From Amphiscolops sp. MND2022 (lineage: Eukaryota): DNA of 50,000 bases. A program made the position numbers and the translations under genes. Within the stretch, counting starts at the first letter, position 1, and every line of letters begins with the position of its first letter. The stretch covers positions 1 to 50,000 of the forward strand of contig CAXLNC010001878.1 of NCBI GenBank assembly GCA_964187785.1, in the 5' to 3' direction. This document shows, piece after piece, positions 46,783 through 50,000 of this stretch. Below the pieces are notes generated by a model. That model made no database searches and had not been told where the DNA came from. It worked only from the letters and a program-made list of their open reading frames with translations.

Positions 46783-49700
46783 TTAGAGCGTTGGCCATCT
46801 CAGTGGGATGGTACATATGGTATTCAAAGTTGATAGGTGAATTTGAATTCTCTGTTTGAATGTTATTTGTTTTTTTTGTTTCAGAATGAGATCTGGATCT
46901 AAAAAGTCCAGAGGCTCTTGGTCTTGAAGAAAGTCTATATGGGGAAATGTATTCTTGAAATGATTTGTGTCTTGAATGTGAAAGTGATCCATATCTAGGA
47001 CGGGAATCGCGTCTATATGGTGATCTGCAGGAAGAGCTGTATGGTGAACCATATGAGCGTGAGTCTCGTCGATAATTGTCAATCTCTAGAGCTGTTATAT
47101 TGTGGATTTTTAGTTTTTCGTAGTTTGTCTTTCATATTTGTATCTAACTCTAGAATGGGAGCGATATTTGTTTCGTGATGAGGAGTTTCTATTTGTATTA
47201 CTATGGCGTGATGTACTTGTGCTGCGCTATCGATCTGAAGAGTCATTAGATTTATTGGTAGTTTTGTACGAGTTCTTATTATCACGAGAAGGAGAACTAA
47301 AATAATGTTCAAAAGATTTTTGAGAAACTTGGTTCTTGCATGTGCGTCACGTTGGTGTTCATCAGTTCGTTGTTTTTTGAAACATGCTGAAATTGAGTGG
47401 ATTGTTCTATGATTTTTTTTGTATTTTTTACATACACGTTTATGTTTATGGCTAAGATCTCGGGGTTGTGTAAACAGAAGTTGTTCAGATTGTTGTATAT
47501 CTACGTTCTGTGATTTTAACTGGTTTGTAATGGAAACTACTTCAAGAGTAAGATCATGAGTGCGAAATTCATCATTAGCTATATCTTCAGCATCTACAAG
47601 TTCAAAAAGAGTTTGAAATGGTATAGAGGGTTCTAAAACTGTAGAAGTATGATTCACTTGTCGTTTGTTTGCAAACTTTTTAGGATACTTGGGAAGACTT
47701 TTGGTTGGGGTTTCGTTACATTTCAAGTTTATGGTAGAAGCACTTCCAATGCATCAGCCTTTTTCAACCAGTTGATGAACTTTGAGTGCAAAATGACGTA
47801 CCGTTCTATTATTGTGTATGACGAACGAAAGAGCTTCGACTTGTGCATAAGAGGCCTTCTTCTGAGAAGAAAATTGTTTTTTTGAAGGTTTGTACAAAGG
47901 CAGACCAGTCTTGTTTATAAGTGTTATTCAGGCGAATGTACCAACTGAGAGCTGTGCCGCTGGGTGAACAATGAATAAAAGCCATTCGTCTAGCGGGCCA
48001 AAACATTTATTAATGAGGAGTTGTAGGTTGGAGTCCTAATGGAGGGGTGACACGGGATTCAATATGTTGTAATTATCCTTCGGGTGTATGTTTGTGATCG
48101 AAACCATCAAAAAGGTTTGATCGGTTCCGAAAATGAATCAGAAGAATTTATGAAAGGGTTTGAGACCTTTGTCAAAGGCAGAGTAGGTGGATGTGTTATT
48201 CGATAGTTAATATGAGGGGTGTTAGTGTGTAAATTAAGTGTATTAGTTGGAATTCGTGACATAGAAGACGTATAAAACGAATTAGTTCTTATAGATGATC
48301 TTATGGTGCTAAGACATTTTTTTGTATTATTTTGAGGCGGAACGGCGAAGGTCGAGGTTGCAAAATTGTTTGAACTTGTCAAAGTAGTTGCTTGAGAGTT
48401 TGCTAAGAAAGGATACCAGGACTGTTGGGTAATTTGTATATTTGTACTAATTAAATTGTATTGTATTGGATTTGTCCTAATTAGTGGTTTTTTTGGTCTA
48501 AAAAGTGAAATAGAAGATTTAACAGTAGAAGAATGATTTGTATGTATAATTTTTATGTTGAATTTGGGCGGTGTGTTCGAATCTGTAGTTTTTTGTGCTG
48601 GAGTAAATGAGTGTGTTTTCGAACAGATGGGTGTTCTAGAGTAGGAGGTACTTGAAAACTATATTGTAGAGGAATCGTGTCATTATCAATTGTTATGTGA
48701 GTAGAGGGAAATTGTTCATGAGAAGTGGCAGGAGAACTAGAAGTTTCAGATTCAGGCGGTGGAGGAGGATCATAGTTTTTATGCAGGAGATGTTAGTTGT
48801 TGTGTTTGTACTGATGGTTGTGTTATATTGGTACTGGTTGTAGATTAAAGAGAGAAGTCTTGGGTTGAATGTTGGGATTTTTGGTCTGTAATAAGCCCTA
48901 TAGGAACTACTAAGGTAATTGAGTCTACTGTATGAACCGTACTTTGATTACCAGGTGGAGTGCTTGGATTAGAGAACAGGTTGTTGTTGTAATATTGAAT
49001 ATGTTATTTGTCGATCCTGTTGTTGAGGTTGTACTTGTCAGTCAGATGGGTTTTGGAGAAGGAGTTCATTTTGATTTTTCATTTGGATGTTAGTATCATC
49101 GGGTGTTTTATGTGGGTCAAGTGTAACGGTAGTAGTGACATAAGGTCAGCTGTCGGACGTTTCAGAATGATATTAAAGAATCGAACATGTTGGTCTGGAG
49201 AACTTGTATAATGTGGGTGTTTCAACTCTTCATTTATGATAAAAGGTGATAAGTCAATTTCATCTAAGGTTTGAGGGTGTTAGTTTATGCGGAGTCATCT
49301 TGTTGTAACCATATTAGTTGATAATTGAAACTAAAGCATTTTAAAAGAAATCGTGAAAACACTTTAATTTGAGTTATTTTGTCTTCATTGAGCGTGAAGC
49401 TCTTTAAAAAGTTTTTTTAATCGTGTTAATTGTTATATATTTTGTAATAGATTTCAAAGTATTCATGTTTTTGTCCAAGACTTTCTAAAAGAGAATGACG
49501 ATATGTAGTTGTATCAAAGTTTTCCTTGTATTCTGTTAGTTTAACCATATAAATAAGGAAAACATCTTATTTTGATAATGTTGTACTTTGTGGATAAATT
49601 GTTCCATAAAATAGTGCGTATTATTGTTTGCAATGGGATTAAAAATGATTTGAAACTGTGTTTGAGATGGAGTGATTTCATATGTTCATATGTACCCGAG

Positions 49701-50000
49701 GTAATGAAGGTAAGAATCTAAATGTTCTCTGAGAAGAGGATTAGTCTGTAAAGAATGAGCTTCAGTTTCAAAAGGGAGCGGATTTGTTTATTGGAAAATG
49801 AGGTTTGTAAGAAGGATTTAATATATTGGGAAATAGAACGTACATTACGAGGTTGCGGGTTAGTACATCGGTGAGGAGTGGAAGCAATTTATCTTATTGA
49901 AATGATTACTTTTCATAAGTTGTACTATATGATGATGGAAAATCTATAACATTGGAGTGTTGATAGAATTGTGTAAATAAGAAGCAATTGTGCATTTTGT
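46783..50000 (-). pseudogene. gag: Gypsy-C gag remnant with a long N-terminal extension running off the right edge
   Basis: SWYIRLNNTYKQDWSAFVQTFKK, KFANKRQVNHTSTVLEPSIPF..LVDAEDIAN, decayed knuckle (C...HRTIHSISACFKK), R/S-rich tail; many stops. Confidence 0.7.

Larger units (their letters stand above)
19603..50000 (-). mobile_element. Gypsy-C: decayed env-bearing Ty3/Gypsy element, interrupted by Gypsy-B and a tandem duplication; 5' end beyond the window
   Basis: Minus-strand remnants in the order gag, PR, (RT largely deleted), RH, IN, env, 3' ORFs. The env frame rejoins across the Gypsy-B insertion. Confidence 0.8.

Noticed and set aside
1-50000. rRNA, tRNA or prokaryotic operon
   Set aside because: None recognisable; the only tRNA-related sequences are the two PBS.

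Overview
AT-rich eukaryotic (metazoan-type) DNA made almost entirely of nested retroelements around a few probable host exons. (1) 1-1365: decayed APE-type LINE ORF2 on the minus strand, with a 2A-like DVELNPG motif before the endonuclease. (2) 2752-18740: Gypsy-A, a complete ~16-kb Ty3/Gypsy element on the minus strand. It has ~2.1-kb LTRs, a TCAAC target-site duplication (TSD), a tRNA-Leu-like primer-binding site (PBS), a gag that starts inside the LTR, an A AAA AAC -1 frameshift site and PR-RT-RH-IN. It also carries a small sense ORF running into the 3' LTR and an antisense, four-intron gene encoding a BED-finger protein that looks like a catalytically dead hAT transposase. It appears to sit in an intron of an unidentified minus-strand host gene (exons near 19.4-19.1 kb and 2.5-2.2 kb). 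(3) 26489-40476: Gypsy-B, an older, diverged relative on the plus strand with the same layout, including a decayed homolog of the antisense gene. It inserted (TSD CATGT) into the env gene of Gypsy-C. (4) Gypsy-C, a heavily decayed minus-strand element (~19.6 kb to beyond 50 kb) with gag, deleted pol, a gB/chuvirus-like class III env and extra 3' ORF remnants. A 2.6-kb tandem duplication spans the B/C junction. The main candidate novelty is the shared Gypsy-A/B architecture: both LTR borders are coding, and a spliced antisense transposase-derived gene is carried as cargo. Family assignments rest on motifs read by eye; no database search was run.
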